Shown piece after piece: positions 26,195 through 40,659 of a DNA stretch of 64,000 nucleotides. How positions within the stretch are numbered: position 1 is the stretch's first letter; each line of letters begins with the position of its first letter. Position numbers and translations under genes: made by a program. The notes beneath the pieces are model-generated. The model was given only the letters and a program-made list of their open reading frames with translations, did no database searches and was not told where the DNA came from. Origin of the DNA: Octopus vulgaris. Taxonomy: Eukaryota. The stretch lies in NCBI GenBank assembly GCA_951406725.2, contig OX597817.1, positions 172,112,001 to 172,176,000 of the forward strand. Reading direction: 5' to 3'.

Positions 26195-26765
26195 TGTATG
26201 TATGTATGTATGTATGTATGTATGTGTGTATGTATGTATGCATGCATGTGTGTATGTATGTATGTATGTGTGCATGTGTGTATGTGTGTATGCATGTATG
26301 CATGTATGTATGTATGTATGTATGTATGTGTGTATGTATGTATGTATGTGTGTATGTATGTATGTGTGCATGTGTGTATGTGTGTATGCATGTATGCATG
26401 TATGTATGTATGTATGTATGTATGTATGTATGTGTGTATGTATGTATGTATGTATGTATGTATGTATGTATGTATGTATGTATGTATGTATGTATGTATG
26501 TATGTATGCATGCATGCATGTATGTATGTATGTATGTATGTATGTATATATGTATGTATGTTTGTATGTATGTATGTATTTGTGTATGTATGTATGTTTG
26601 TATGTCTGTATGTATTTGTGTATGTATGTATGTTTGTATGTCTGTATGTATTTGTGTATGTATGCATGCATGTATGTATGTATGTATGTATATATGTATA
26701 TATGCATGTATGTATGCATGTATGCATGTATGCATGTATGCATGTATGCATGTATGTATGTATAC
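25880..26765. repeat. (TATG)n microsatellite with higher-order variants
   Basis: Direct reading. Confidence 0.97.
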
Positions 26766-27407
26766 GTGTGTATATGGATACATACATCGCCACAAACAGT
26801 GCATGCAATGGAGGCGTTTTACGCAGTAACTTCCACGTTTGGTTGTAGAATCAATAATTATATAATTATGTCTTTGGTAGTGGAAACACTACGTACGTAA
26901 TTACACCGACTAATAGGAATATGTGTGTGTGTGTGTGCACGCGTATGTATGTAAAAGTACGTACACATAAATACTTACACGCACAGACACACATTGGTGC
27001 AAATACGTTTATACACATATACACTCATAGAAATGAATATTCTTTTAAGCTTTTATTCCTTTACTAGTTTCAGTCACTAGAGAGTGGCCATACTGGAGCA
27101 TTCCCCTCAAGGGATTTGACGATTGCATTGAAATTCTCAATATATTATATATTTTATTGGCTAAGGGAGGATAAAAGGCAAAGCAGTTCTATGTATATAC
27201 ATAGGCTCGCATGTGTGTATTTACACAATACACATATACGCGCGCATACATACATACACACATACATACATACATACATACATACATACATACACACACA
27301 CATATATCCGTGCGTAATGCAAAAATATACTCATGAATATGTATGTATATATGTGTGTGTTTGTGTATGTATATATATATATCGATATACATATACATAT
27401 ATGCATT

Positions 27408-27497
<90 letters not shown>

Positions 27498-27581
27498 AGT
27501 TACGGAATGGAGTATGGAAAATCCGGGCTACACATCTTTCGTAGCGAGTGGATACATATATATATATATACATGCATGCAT

Positions 27582-28975
27582 ATACAGAGTGTCGCCAAAA
27601 AATCTATACGCACCATGACTGATTATGAAGTCAGTGCTTATTAAAACACATTTCATTTTCAAAATGCAATTGAAGCTACGGACAGAGTTTAATTTTCCAT
27701 GAACTCCAGTTTTCAAACTGTTGACCAAACTGGTCCAGGCACCGACGACAACATGGAGCAATGGAATTGTAAACACCAAGAAACATTTCGTTCTGGATTT
27801 GTGCGCATTCTCGTTCAATGGCTGTCCTCAATTCGTCGAATGTTGCTGGTTTTGTAGCGTGGACTTAGGTGAAGAAAGAGTGTATTCTACTGAACCTCTT
27901 GCTGCAATCCACCTGTTAAGCAAGATCTCATCAAAATTGACCGATATGGTAGTTTGGGAGTGCCTCGTCTTACTGGAAATAAAACTCTACAACTTCAAAG
28001 TCCTTTTGAATGCTCGCCGTGGCAAATTATCTCTGCAAGTTCAAGTAAATAGGATCAGTTAGAGTTCCGTCAAAAAACAATGGTTCAATTAATCCTTAAA
28101 CTGCACCAAACTGTAACTCCTGGCAAATTAGTATTATGTTCTTCCGTAATGTGGAGGTGCGTGCATTAGTGGTTAGGGTATCAGCATCACGATCGTAAGA
28201 TTGTGGTTTCGATTCCTGAACCAGGCGACGCGTTGTATTCTTGAGCAAAACACTTCATTTCACGTTGCTCCAGTCCACTCAGCTGGCAAAAATGAGTAAC
28301 GCTGCGATGGACAGGCGTCCCGTCCAGCTGAGGAATACATACGCCATTGAAACCGGGCCCATGAGCCTGGCTAGGCTTTAAAAGGGCGCTTTTATTATTA
28401 TTGTTATTCTTCCATAATAATCATGTCCCGAGTGGACGCAGTTGTGGCGATTATTGGTGCCACTAAAGATATATATGTAGCCTCATCAAACCAAACAAGT
28501 GTCCAACTTCTATTCATTATGCCGAGTAACATATGCCAGTCTCCATTTTGTGGCCCGGTTCGGATCGTCTTCTTTGAGGAAATGAACTATTCTTATAGTG
28601 TAACTTTTCCAATGAATGTCTTCAAAATACATTGGACGTTTGATTTTGAAAATGCCCGTCTCACGATTCGCTTACAACACAGAATTTCTTCACCTCTAGC
28701 AACACGCTTCGAGAACTCTTTCTAGTTTTGTGGGGCTTATCCATGTCCGTGATCTGCTCCAAACTTATCTCTAATCCGAGCGATGGTAAGTCAGAAAGGT
28801 GGATCTGCTTGAAACTTTCCTCTAAACTGTTTTGCACTTTGACTGCGTTTTTAAACTTTCAGTACCTCTTCAGTACATATTTCCCTTGTTCGAGGGTTAC
28901 TCTGGTTCCCTTCGTTATTTATAATGGTTTAAATCGGAAAAGAAATTGAAATTAACTGAATTTTCAGATGTGAAA
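27582..28975 (-). mobile_element. Tc1/mariner-superfamily transposon relic (DUF4817-like HTH type), interrupted by a SINE
   Basis: End TACAGAGTGTCGCCAAAAAA; minus-strand fragments KRY*KFKNAVKVQ.QFRGKFQADPP..LTIARIRDKF, WIAARGSVEY..SSP, CRRCLDQFGQQFEN. Confidence 0.7.
28152..28395 (+). mobile_element. SINE family B-related, different 3' half
   Basis: tRNA-like head with GTTTCGATTCC; GTCCACTCAGCTG; GCGATGGACAGGCGTCCCGTCCAG resembles V/Meta-type SINE central domains. Confidence 0.8.
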
Positions 28976-29030
28976 GTGTCTATATATTTTTGGCGAGACC
29001 ATGTACATACAAATATGCATGTATTTACAC

Positions 29031-29870
<840 letters not shown>

Positions 29871-29963
29871 CAATGTTTCAGATTGTTGAAACGTTAACCC
29901 CAACACATTTTTCTCTCTCTTTTTTTTTTTTTTCATTTTCCCTCCACTTCTTCCCTCTCAATC

Positions 29964-29999
29964 CTTTCTGACGAAGAGCGTAGTCTCGAAACGTCAAAG
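29964..29999 (+). ncRNA. Minimal type-I hammerhead motif, canonical core (family H1 copy ~29873-30045)
   Basis: CTTT-CTGACGA-A-GAG(CGTAGT)CTC-GAAACGTC-AAAG; palindromic helix III ACGT, GUC site. Confidence 0.78.
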
Positions 30000-30056
30000 A
30001 TTTTTCTATTCTTCGTCCTTTGTTTTCTGTAAATTTGAACTACATATATATAATGT

Positions 30057-30093
<37 letters not shown>

Positions 30094-30765
30094 TACATAC
30101 ATACATACATCCATACACGCGCACATACACGCGCACACAAACACAGAGAGAGAGAGAGAGAGAAAGAAACAGACAGACAGACAGATATATCAGATACCAA
30201 ATTACTGATTAATTAAAATTTATGTCGACCTCTAGAGAATGAATCATTATTACCATATCACAATTAAGACCAGCTCCTCTTAAGAATGGGAACTAATCTC
30301 ATAATCGAAGAATTCTCCATAGTTAGCATGCCATAAGGGATAACGATAAGCTTATTGTCTGGAAAGAAGAGAAGAGTCGCGGAGACATGTTTCTGGGTCA
30401 ACTGCCCTTGTCAACATGACAACTGTCCGAACATATTTGCAGTAACGAAGGGATCAATAATTTATGTTGTAAGGTATTTGATATACTTGTATTTATCAAT
30501 GTTGTTCAAATATAAGCTACTGGTTATTCTAAGTTTATTCTCGTAGCTCACTTTTGCTTCAATAAGGCAAATTCTTTCGGCCGTATATACGTTCTACTCT
30601 TCTTCGTATAAGTTTAAGTACTTTGGTTACTGAAGACAAGGTCGAAAAATTATTATGCCAAAAATGCTGTTAAATCTGAAACACGTTCCATGCTTGTTCT
30701 CTTACCTTTAGACACCAAGTCTTTTCTTTACCTAGATGGCATCTTTTATCTTTTATCGTCTATTG

Positions 30766-31245
30766 TATTGGGTTGTCCGGAAAGTTCGTGCCTATTTTTA
30801 AAGGAAAGAAAAAGGTCAATAAATACTTGCCATTACATTTTTAATCAACCAAGTATGAACCATTTTGTTGCACAATGCGTCTCCATCTTTCCTTTAACTT
30901 GAAAATACTCTCTTCCCAGAATTGAGGTGGTTTCATGGCAAATAATTCACCAAGGTATCTTTTTACGTCATCCAAGGAATTAAAATTTTTACCATTAAGA
31001 CTTTTCTGCAAAGACCTGAATAAGTGGAAATCCGAAGGAGCAATATCTGGTGAATATGGAGGGTGGGGTAACACATCCCAGCCGAGCTGCATCAATTTTT
31101 GTCTGGTTCCCAAAGCATCAAGTGCCGAAAATGAACTTTCTTATCTTCCATTTTAAAGAGTTACAAAATTAACACAGGTTATAGAAACATAAACCTTCTT
31201 CCGTGAAAAGATAGCTTAAACTGTGCTCTAAATGGCGGTGTAGTC
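30766..31245 (-). mobile_element. Internally deleted mariner element
   Basis: TIR TATTGGGTTGTCCGGAAAGTTCGTGCC; C-terminal transposase LPHPPYSPDIAPSDFHLFRSL (30841-31113); other TIR truncated (GGCACGA). Confidence 0.9.
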
Positions 31246-31574
31246 AAGGACTCAACCATGTTCTAAGATAAGTCGAAAGGTAAACAACTATAAATCGGCA
31301 CGATCTTGTCTATGTTGTTCAAATATTAACTACTGGCTCTTCTAAGCTAATTCTCTTAGCTCACTTTTGCTTCTATCATGCAAATTATCTTGAACATATA
31401 TGTGTTCTACACTTTTGTATAAGTCTAAGCACTTTGGCTACTGAAGACAAGGTCGAACAATTACTATGCTAATGATGGTTGTTGAGGCTGAAACAATTGT
31501 CTATGTCCTCTTACCTTCAGACATTAAGCCTTTTCATTTCCTCAATAGCATCTTTTATCTTTAATCGTCTACAT

Positions 31575-31978
31575 TTTACTTGTTTGCGGTCATGATGGAG
31601 CACGGCCTTGAAAAGTTTTTAGGCAAATGAATCTACCCAGTACTCATTATTTCTAGCCAGGTATTTATTCTATCGGACTCTTTTGCCGAACCTGTAAGTT
31701 AGAAGGCCGTAAACACACCAATACCGATTGTCAAGCGGTGATAGGGGACAATAAAAGAAACAAAGACACACACACGTGTATATGTGTGTGTGTGTGTGAG
31801 AGAGAGAGAGTGTGTGTGTGTGTAAGACGCGTTTCTTTCAGTTTCCGTACACCAAATCCACTCACGAGACTTTTTGTCGACCCGAAGCTGCAGTAAAAGG
31901 CACTTGCTCAAGAGTTCCACGTAGGTGGACTGAACCCGGAACCATGTAGTTGTGAAGCAAGCTTCTTACCACACAGCC
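31575..31978 (-). mobile_element. SINE family A, diverged
   Basis: Family A body. Confidence 0.82.
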
Positions 31979-32214
31979 AACTTTTAAACAATCTTCGAAC
32001 TTTCAGATTATCTCCCCTTATCATACAAAGCTGGCGTTAATTACCATTTGGTAATCATGATACATCCTCAGTAGGCGGAAATAATTTTAATAAATCAAAA
32101 AATTAATTTGAACGGAATATCATTTACATGCGTTTGTCTATGTTGTTCAAATTCAAATACATAACATAGTCCACTCTGAGTAGTTCTATTGCGTGTGTAT
32201 GTATGTATATATAT

Positions 32215-32425
32215 ATCACTTTGATCACTTTGACCGACCAGTCCGTCAGGCGTCCATTTGACACCGCTGGTCACAGCACGCTGTCCACTCCTCTCTGGAT
32301 CGCGCCTTTCTCATCCACGTGATCCCAATCGTCCTCTTGAAATCGTCACTCCACCGTCGTGGAGGTCTTCCGGGTGGTCTTTTCCGCTCACGCGGGTACC
32401 ACTCGACAACTGCGTGCGTCCACCG

Positions 32426-32427
<2 letters not shown>
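32215..32427 (-). mobile_element. RTE-clade LINE 3' fragment
   Basis: rc NRWTHAVVEWYPRERKRPPGRPPRRWSDDFKRTIGITWMRKARSREEW...*; tail (CAAAGTGAT)2; flanked by (TA)n. Confidence 0.85.
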
Positions 32428-32496
<69 letters not shown>

Positions 32497-32497
32497 A

Positions 32498-32675
32498 AAT
32501 ATGCCATTTGAATATGGCTAACCCCTAAGAGTGGATGCTACAGTAGTTTTTAGCCCCAGGAAGACATCTCCTCCAGCTGGCTATAGACACACTTTCTGTG
32601 CCCTATCAGTATTTGCAAAGGGAAGCCATCCTTCCCGTCTTCAACTTATGATACACACGGACACGAGTTTCAAGG
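32498..32675 (-). mobile_element. Diverged single-arm family H2 copy, broken inside the hammerhead
   Basis: Shares TTTTAGCCCCAGGA, CCAGCTGGC, TATTTGCAAAGGGA with the 17744 arm; rc CCTTGAAACTCGTGTCCGTGTG. Confidence 0.75.
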
Positions 32676-33060
32676 TATATATATATATACATACACACAC
32701 GCCTGCGTACACATACACGCACACGCACATGCTCACACACACATACTCACGCGCGCATGCAAGCGTTTCTGTGTGAAGTTCTATATTACTAGAAATTATT
32801 TTAAAATTCAACTTAAGAATAAATGAATTGGAAAATTGCCGAGAAAAGTGATCAGTGATGCAAGCTTGACACCAAACCTGACTATTTACGTTAGGCTATT
32901 GTCTGTTACAAAAGTAGTTATGTACACAGTTATGTCGAGCTCTGCTTCAAATGAATACTTTACTTTAACAATCAATACATCGGTAGAACTTCTTACTGCA
33001 TGACTAGTTTAATGAATTAATGAGCATGCACACAGCAATGTGTGTACATATGCGTGTTAG

Positions 33061-33105
<45 letters not shown>

Positions 33106-33167
33106 CTATCTATCTACCTATCTACCTATCTATATCTATCTATCTACCTATCTATCTATCTATCTAC

Positions 33168-33214
<47 letters not shown>

Positions 33215-33215
33215 C

Positions 33216-33263
<48 letters not shown>

Positions 33264-33493
33264 TTATCTACCTATCTATCAATCTATCTATCTATATATA
33301 TATATAAATATATATAAATATACAGAGAGAGAGACAGAGAGAGAAAGAAAAAGAAAACTTCATACACAAGAGCATGGAAGTTTGCACAGTTACGGACTCA
33401 CATACGCACATACACATAAATAGAGAGATAGATAGATAGGGGTATATATGCGAACATATATATATATATATACATACATACATACATACATAC

Positions 33494-33539
<46 letters not shown>

Positions 33540-33603
33540 CCACATGCATTCATGCAAATATATTCTTTTATTTCTTTTATTCTTTTATATATAAATATAC
33601 ATT

Positions 33604-33669
<66 letters not shown>

Positions 33670-34359
33670 TATACACACAGACGTGCGCGCATAAATACAT
33701 ACACACAAGCTTACACACGTACATACATATTCACACACAAGTTTTTCGTACACTATATAACCATATTTATATGCTGGTAAAATATCTCTGTTGATTTTTC
33801 TTACATTATAATTATTTGGAAACATTATAATTATGGGTTTTGAATTCTTTGATAAGAATTTCGTTTGAAAGTATCTCAGGTATGTGCACGCATGTGATTA
33901 TATAGAGAGTGCGTTTGCGCGTGTGTATTTGTATATATGTGCTGTCAACATACAAGCGTGTGTAAATAATCATTGCGTTTGTAACGACGCGTACAGAATG
34001 ACCATTTTTAAAATTACACATCTGATAGAAAATATGTATACGTGTTACATGCGTATACGTGTTTCCATGTATGAATATGTTTTTATTCTTTGAAATGTTC
34101 CTGTAACGAGGTGGGTTGGTTTCCAACTGAGAAATTTCAGTAATTTAGATTACATCAATAGCAAAGTGTACCGCGTTGAATTTTAAAGAATACTTCTATG
34201 TGTTTATCGTTCCATTTATGTATGGACTTTTTAGAATATATACTTAAATGGTCGCTTTTCTTTTACAGAACCTGAAAACTCCAAATTGTCTTCATTGTGT
34301 ATATATACGTGCGCGTGGGTGAATCATTGCAAACGTAAAGCCCCATAAGAAATTACATA

Positions 34360-34397
<38 letters not shown>

Positions 34398-34415
34398 ACA
34401 CACATATATATATGT

Positions 34416-34665
34416 GGGAGCGCATGGCCATATGGTTAGGGTGTTGCACTCACGATCTCTAGATCGTGGTTTCAGTTCCTAGACCAGGTGTTGCGTTGTG
34501 TTCTTGAGCAAAATACTTCATCTCAAGTTTCTCTGCGACCACTCCAAAACCTGGTCGACCCGAAGGTACAGTAGAAGGCACTTGCTCAAGAGTGCCACGC
34601 AGGTGGGCTGAACCCGGAACCATGTAGTTGTGAAGCAAGCTTCTTGCCACACAGCCACACCCGCG
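34416..34665. mobile_element. SINE B head (+, 34416-34545) abutting SINE A head (-, 34555-34665)
   Basis: Similarity to other copies. Confidence 0.75.
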
Positions 34666-34867
34666 TCAAACTTTTAAACCATCTTTGAACTTTCAGATTA
34701 TCTCCCCTTATCATATAACGCTGTCATACCGCGTGCTACGCCGCGTGGTACACCGCGGCACCTGTTCAGGCAACGTCGGTTTGATAGAGGGGAGTGAGCC
34801 TAGGTGCAGCACATACATTTGATCACTATAAACAGGTCATTCAGCAAAAGCTGGACACTCGTGGGTA

Positions 34868-35037
34868 TGGCGTAGGTGTGGCTGGCTATGTTGTAAAAAG
34901 CTTGCTTCCCAAACAAATGGTTCCTGATTCAGTCCCACTGCGTGGAGCCCTAGGCAAATGATTTTTACTGTAGCCTCGGGCCGACCAAAGTGCTCTGGGT
35001 AGATTTGGTAGGCGGAAACTGAAAAAGTAACCCGTCG

Positions 35038-35040
<3 letters not shown>
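34868..35040 (+). mobile_element. SINE family A 5' half (apparently continues at 43921-44022)
   Basis: Head through CCCGTCGTATA, then (TA)n. Confidence 0.85.
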
Positions 35041-35103
<63 letters not shown>

Positions 35104-35107
<4 letters not shown>

Positions 35108-36862
35108 GGTATGTAGAAAAATACAACATGGACAAGAACGTATAACTCTTAGAAGACGACACAATAAACACGGACAGGACATTCGAAACCCTCAGTCTTC
35201 AGTCAAGAACCGGATCATCGTAGTAATTTCGGCTGATTAATCTTGAGATTACTAGATCACGGCCAGCCCTCCAAGAAAAACCAAGCAACGAGCATTAGAA
35301 AAACTAAGCTGGAAGCGTAGATTTCCTGGAAGAAGGATCGAATGCATACGAACACCAGGACAGCAAAAGGGACAGATATAAAAAAACAAAAAACAATAAT
35401 GGAATACAGAAACATGAAATACAGAAGCATTAACGGTGAAAACAACAGTGTCTTACGACTGATAACAAGCAAACAAATTTTTTTTCTCTGGCGCAATGGA
35501 AAAAGCCTTTATAGTGGCGGACGAAAACAGCGATGTTAACAGAACGAGGGTCAGAGGCTGAAAGGCAGATTTCGGCCAACAGTCACGTGACAGAGAAGAG
35601 GGAAAAGAAAAGAAAGAGAAGCAAAGGAAGAGAGAGAGAGAGGAGGGACAAACGCAACAAAGAGAGAGAAGAGAGAGAAAGAAGGAATCAGAGAGGAGAA
35701 GGGATGGGTGTCGAAGAATGACCTGTGAGTGCAGAGCGAGACAAAGAAATAGGAGGGTAGTGGAAGACTAGACCAAAGAATCAGAGGAAAGAGAAGAGAA
35801 AAAGAGGATGAGTAGAGAGAAAAGAGAGAGAGGGGGACAGATCAAGTAAAAATGAGAGAGAGAGAGAGACAAACAGAGAGTCGTACCAATTATTAAGAAT
35901 ATGTGCTCACATAAATGTTAAGGGGGGTACGGGGCGCCTGGAATATATGTTAAGGTATGTAGAAAAATACAACATGGACAAGAACGTATAACTCTTAGAA
36001 GACGACACAATAAACACGGACAGGACATTCGAAACCCTCAGTCTTCAGTCAAGAACCGGATCATCGTAGTAATTTCGGCTGATTAATCTTGAGATTACTA
36101 GATCACGGCCAGCCCTCCAAGAAAAACCAAGCAACGAGCATTAGAAAAACTAAGCTGGAAGCGTAGATTTCCTGGAAGAAGGATCGAATGCATACGAACA
36201 CCAGGACAGCAAAAGGGACAGATATAAAAAAACAAAAAACAATAATGGAATACAGAAACATGAAATACAGAAGCATTAACGGTGAAAACAACAGTGTCTT
36301 ACGACTGATAACAAGCAAACAAATTTTTTCTCTGGCGCAATGGAAAAAGCCTTTATAGTGGCGGACGAAAACAGCGATGTTAACAGAACGAGGGTCAGAG
36401 GCTGAAAGGCAGATTTCGGCCAACAGTCACGTGACAGAGAAGAGGGAAAAGAAAAGAAAGAGAAGCAAAGGAAGAGAGAGAGAGAGAGGGACAAACGCAA
36501 CAAAGAGAGAGAAGAGAGAGAAAGAAGGAATCAGAGAGGAGAAGGGATGGGTGTCGAAGAATGACCTGTGAGTGCAGAGCGAGACAAAGAAATAGGAGGG
36601 TAGTGGAAGACTAGACCAAAGAATCAGAGGAAAGAGAAGAGAAAAAGAGGATGAGTAGAGAGAAAAGAGAGAGAGGGGGACAGATCAAGTAAAAATGAGA
36701 GAGAGAGAGAGACAAACAGAGAGTCGTACCAATTATTAAGAATATGTGCTCACATAAATGTTAAGGGGGGTACGGGGCGCCTGGAATATATGTTAAGGTA
36801 TGTAGAAAAATACAACATGGACAAGAACGTATAACTCTTAGAAGACGACACAATAAACACGG
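35104..36862 (-). mobile_element. Non-coding ~845-bp unit in 2.08 direct tandem copies in (TA)n; PLE/retrozyme-like family H3
   Basis: TTAAGGTATGTAGAAAAATACAACATGG at ~35104, 35949, 36792; units nearly identical; diverged relative at 46816-47437. Confidence 0.8.
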
Positions 36863-36897
<35 letters not shown>

Positions 36898-37483
36898 CAT
36901 ATATATTCATATATATCTATATATATATATACATATATATATACATACATATATATATATATATACATACAGATATATACATACATATATAGTCATTGTA
37001 AGTGACTATATATAGTCATTGTAAGATATATAGTCATTGTAAGCTGAGACGATAAGACGTGTTTTTACTCCTCTCTGCGCCGGTCAGCAGCAAGCTTCAC
37101 AGCTACATTCGTCGTAATTGACCATCACATATATTCCTGTATATTTGAAACCACGCTTTTTCCCAACTCATGAGTAGACTTTTCCTTAACCACAAACTAT
37201 TTTCATAATTTTCAAACGACCAAATATTTTCAAACACCTTCTGATAACTAAAGGATCACCCACACATTAAAAATTAGAAAAAGAGGGGAAAAAAAAGAAA
37301 AGAAAAGAAAGATAAAATAACTACAAGCTCATAATTCAAATACAAACTTCTCAGTATTACAACAAACATTCTGTACAATCAATTCTACATACTTCTCCTT
37401 AAAAAAAAAAAAAATAATAATAATTAAAAGTAATCAACAAAACGAACGAACAAAATAAAATTTAATAAAACATATCAACCAGA

Positions 37484-40400
37484 ATGGCTAGCTACCAAAA
37501 ATCCAACAAAAACTGGTCTGATAATGAAGTCGACGTTCTTATCAACACATGGCATGGCGTTACCGAAACAGAGAGCATAGGTGCTTCGTGTCTGAACGAA
37601 ATTGCTAAACGAACAGTTCACCATTTGCAAACTCGATCTGAACAGCAGATACAAAATAAATTAAAACAAATCGAAGTTGCTTTTAAATTAATAAATAAAC
37701 ACTTCGATAAACTGAGATCTGTTTTCTCTTCCAACGCATCACCGGCGCAACAACAACAACAACAACCTCAACAACAACAAACTCAGCGGCAACAGCAACA
37801 ACAACAACAGTTACAGCAACAACAACAACTTCAGCAGCAACAACCTCAGAGGCAACAACAACAACCTCAACAACAACAACAGGATGAACCACTCCTTGAT
37901 TCATCTACAATGGCCGATTTGCTAAATGAAACGATTGACCCCCCAGTCATCAGGGTCACACAGCAGGAAGCACCACCCCTTCCTTTCACTGCCCCAGCAG
38001 CTCAATCATCATCATTGTCAACACCATCTCCTCTGCTTACTACTACTAGTACTACTCCCACTATATATCGACAAACATCTTTGTCTTGGAATCGACCTCC
38101 TCAATCATTACCACTGTCAACATCTCTTCTACCTACTACTACTACTACTACAGCTACTACTACTACTACAGCTACTACTACTAATGCTATCTCAAGGAAT
38201 TTACCTCCTACAGGTCACAAAGGTCGCCAAAACTTCAACAAACTATCATCTACACCTTTCACAGCTCACACACATACACGCACCTACACACCACTCGAAA
38301 CCCCATCATTTGCCGATATTCTCTTCGCCATAGACTGTGCACTGATAGAGACTGCAAATTCACCCATTTACCTGGAACAAAACGCTCTATCCCCACAAAC
38401 TACAACAGCAACCACCATAATACAACATCACCACAACCACCAATATCTCAAACAAGGAATCCCCGGTTAATATAGGGCGTAACAAATATCAGAAAATCAA
38501 AAAAAAAAATGTGTGTAATAGGTGTAAAACAACTTCCTATGAACGAATATGAAAAAAAAATTCGCGCACGCGAAAGGGGGTGGGGGAGAGGCCTCGGAAA
38601 ATTCACATCGGGAAGTTCCGAAAGCGTCTGAGGGGCTGACCCGGGCACCAAAACAAAAAAAAAATAGTGTAATATGTGTAAAACAACTTGCTCTAAACGA
38701 ATATGAAAAAAAAATGCGCTCTCGAGAAAGAGGGGTGGGGGAGAGGCCTCGGAATATTTATATCGGGAATTTCCGAAAGCGTCTGAACCGGGCACAAAAA
38801 CAAAAACAAAAACAGCGTAATAGGTGTAAAACAACTTGCTCTAAACGACTATCATGAAAAAAATGCGCGCTCGCGAAAGGGGGGGGGTGGGGGAGAGGCT
38901 TCGGAAATTTCACATCTTCAGTCCACGGCCTTTAAACTAAGAAAAAATAGTGTAATTGGTGTAAAACTACTTGTTCTAAACGAGTATCAAGAACACACAC
39001 TCACACATGAATCATAAACTCCGTATTTCGCAAAAAAAATAAAATAAAGAGAAGAAATTCTGGAAAAAGTGAAGAAATGTTGGATCTCCGCCATGTGAAT
39101 CAAAATACGTGTCAGAAACATCTTGAAATACTACAGAAATTATGTTACGAAAATGATAATGTATACATACCTCTTTGAGTGGTCCATCGATAATGATGAT
39201 AAAGAAATGAGTTGGATTTGAACTCAGAATATTGACTAACACAACTACATACTACAAGACTCAAAATATTCAGCCAAGTCACCACCCTTTAACTAGCAAT
39301 AATAATAACATCAATAACATAACAGCCAAAAGATTTATTTGTTCTGAAAATAACAATCATAGTAAATAAATATGTTCTTTAATATTCACATTCATGTGCA
39401 CAGTTAAACACTCTTACATACAAACAGTCACGCATGCATAATACAGAACGGAACACATAAATGAAGGATGCATTACTTAGTATATATTACATCTAGAGAA
39501 TTTTGATTAATAAGTCAAATATGCAAATTATAAAGATAATTAATTGCTTTACTAAACAGTGTTGTAAAGGTGAAAAAATAAATTTGGGAAAAAAATACAC
39601 GCCAAAACTAATTAATAAAGGATAATTAGGGAAGGATTGACACAAAATAATAATTTTTTCTGTCTCTTTTTTTCTGATAAATGCATCTTAATAAGTGAGA
39701 AGAATTGCATATATCTGAACTATTTCAAAGAAAAGCATAAATTTAATGTTTAAAATAGCTTTAACCAAGGAATGAGATCCAACATTTCTTCACTTTTTCC
39801 AGAATTTCTTCTCTTTATTTTTTTTTTTTTGCGAAATACGGAGTTTATGATTCATGTGTGAGTGTGTTCTTGATACTCGTTTAGAACAAGTAGTTTTACA
39901 CCAATTACACTATTTTTTCTTAGTTTAAAGGCCGTGGACTGAAGATGTGAAATTTCCGAAGCCTCTCCCCACCCCCTTTCGCGAGCGCGCATTTTTTTCA
40001 TGATAGTCGTTTAGAGCAAGTTGTTTTACACCTATTACGCTGTTTTTGTTTTTGTTTTTGTGCCCGGTTCAGACGCTTTCGGAAATTCCCGATATAAATA
40101 TTCCGAGGCCTCTCCCCCACCCCTCTTTCGCGAGAGCGCATTTTTTTTTTGTCATATTCGTTTAGAGCAAGTTGTTTTACACATATTACACTATTTTTTT
40201 TTTGTTTTGGTGCCCGGGTCAGCTCCTCAGACGCTTTCGGAACTTCCCGATGTGAATTTTCCGAGGCCTCTCCCCACCCCCTTTCGCGTGCGCGAATTTT
40301 TTTTTTCATATTCGTTCATAGGAAGTTGTTTTACACCTATTACACACATTTTTTTTTTTGATTTTCTGATATTTGTTACGCCCTATATTAACCGAATCCC

Positions 40401-40577
40401 CAAATCTGCCGCTATTCCCAGCGAGACAGATTGTGTTTGCACAGGGATTGCCCCTTTACCCATCTCCCGGGGACTCGTCGGACATTTAAAGATAACCACT
40501 CACATAAAAAAATAGCCGCGGCCACAGTCACCTGCGGTTCCCTAGACAGGAAACCACCTCTTCTTCCTCTTTTTTAG
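37484..40577 (+). pseudogene. LINE ORF1: Myb/SANT-like N-terminus, polyQ, polyT, two CCCH fingers; one frameshift and a 1.9-kb insertion
   Basis: NWSDNEVDVLINTW...RSEQQIQNKLKQI; -1 frame CRYSLRHRLCTDRDCKFTHLPGT (38311) and CRYSQRDRLCLHRDCPFTHLPGT (40407), in frame with each other once 38465-40393 and one TSD copy are removed. Confidence 0.75.
38465..40393. mobile_element. Non-autonomous foldback DNA transposon, Merlin-like; ~620-bp TIRs, 8-bp TSD
   Basis: Arms 38465-39088 / 39774-40393 start GGTTAATATAGGGCG; GAATCCCC at 38457-38464 and 40394-40401; ~150-bp subrepeats in arms. Confidence 0.87.
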
Positions 40578-40659
40578 CTATAATGAATCTAGCAAAAGAA
40601 CTGGAAAAAAACATCCGAGCTATCACCCACCGCCATCCACCACTATTACCCCACTACAC

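Noticed and set aside
37484-38470. Stand-alone host polyQ transcription factor or Harbinger ORF
   Set aside because: The stop is supplied by the inserted foldback; the sequence is colinear with LINE ORF2; no Harbinger transposase or TIRs
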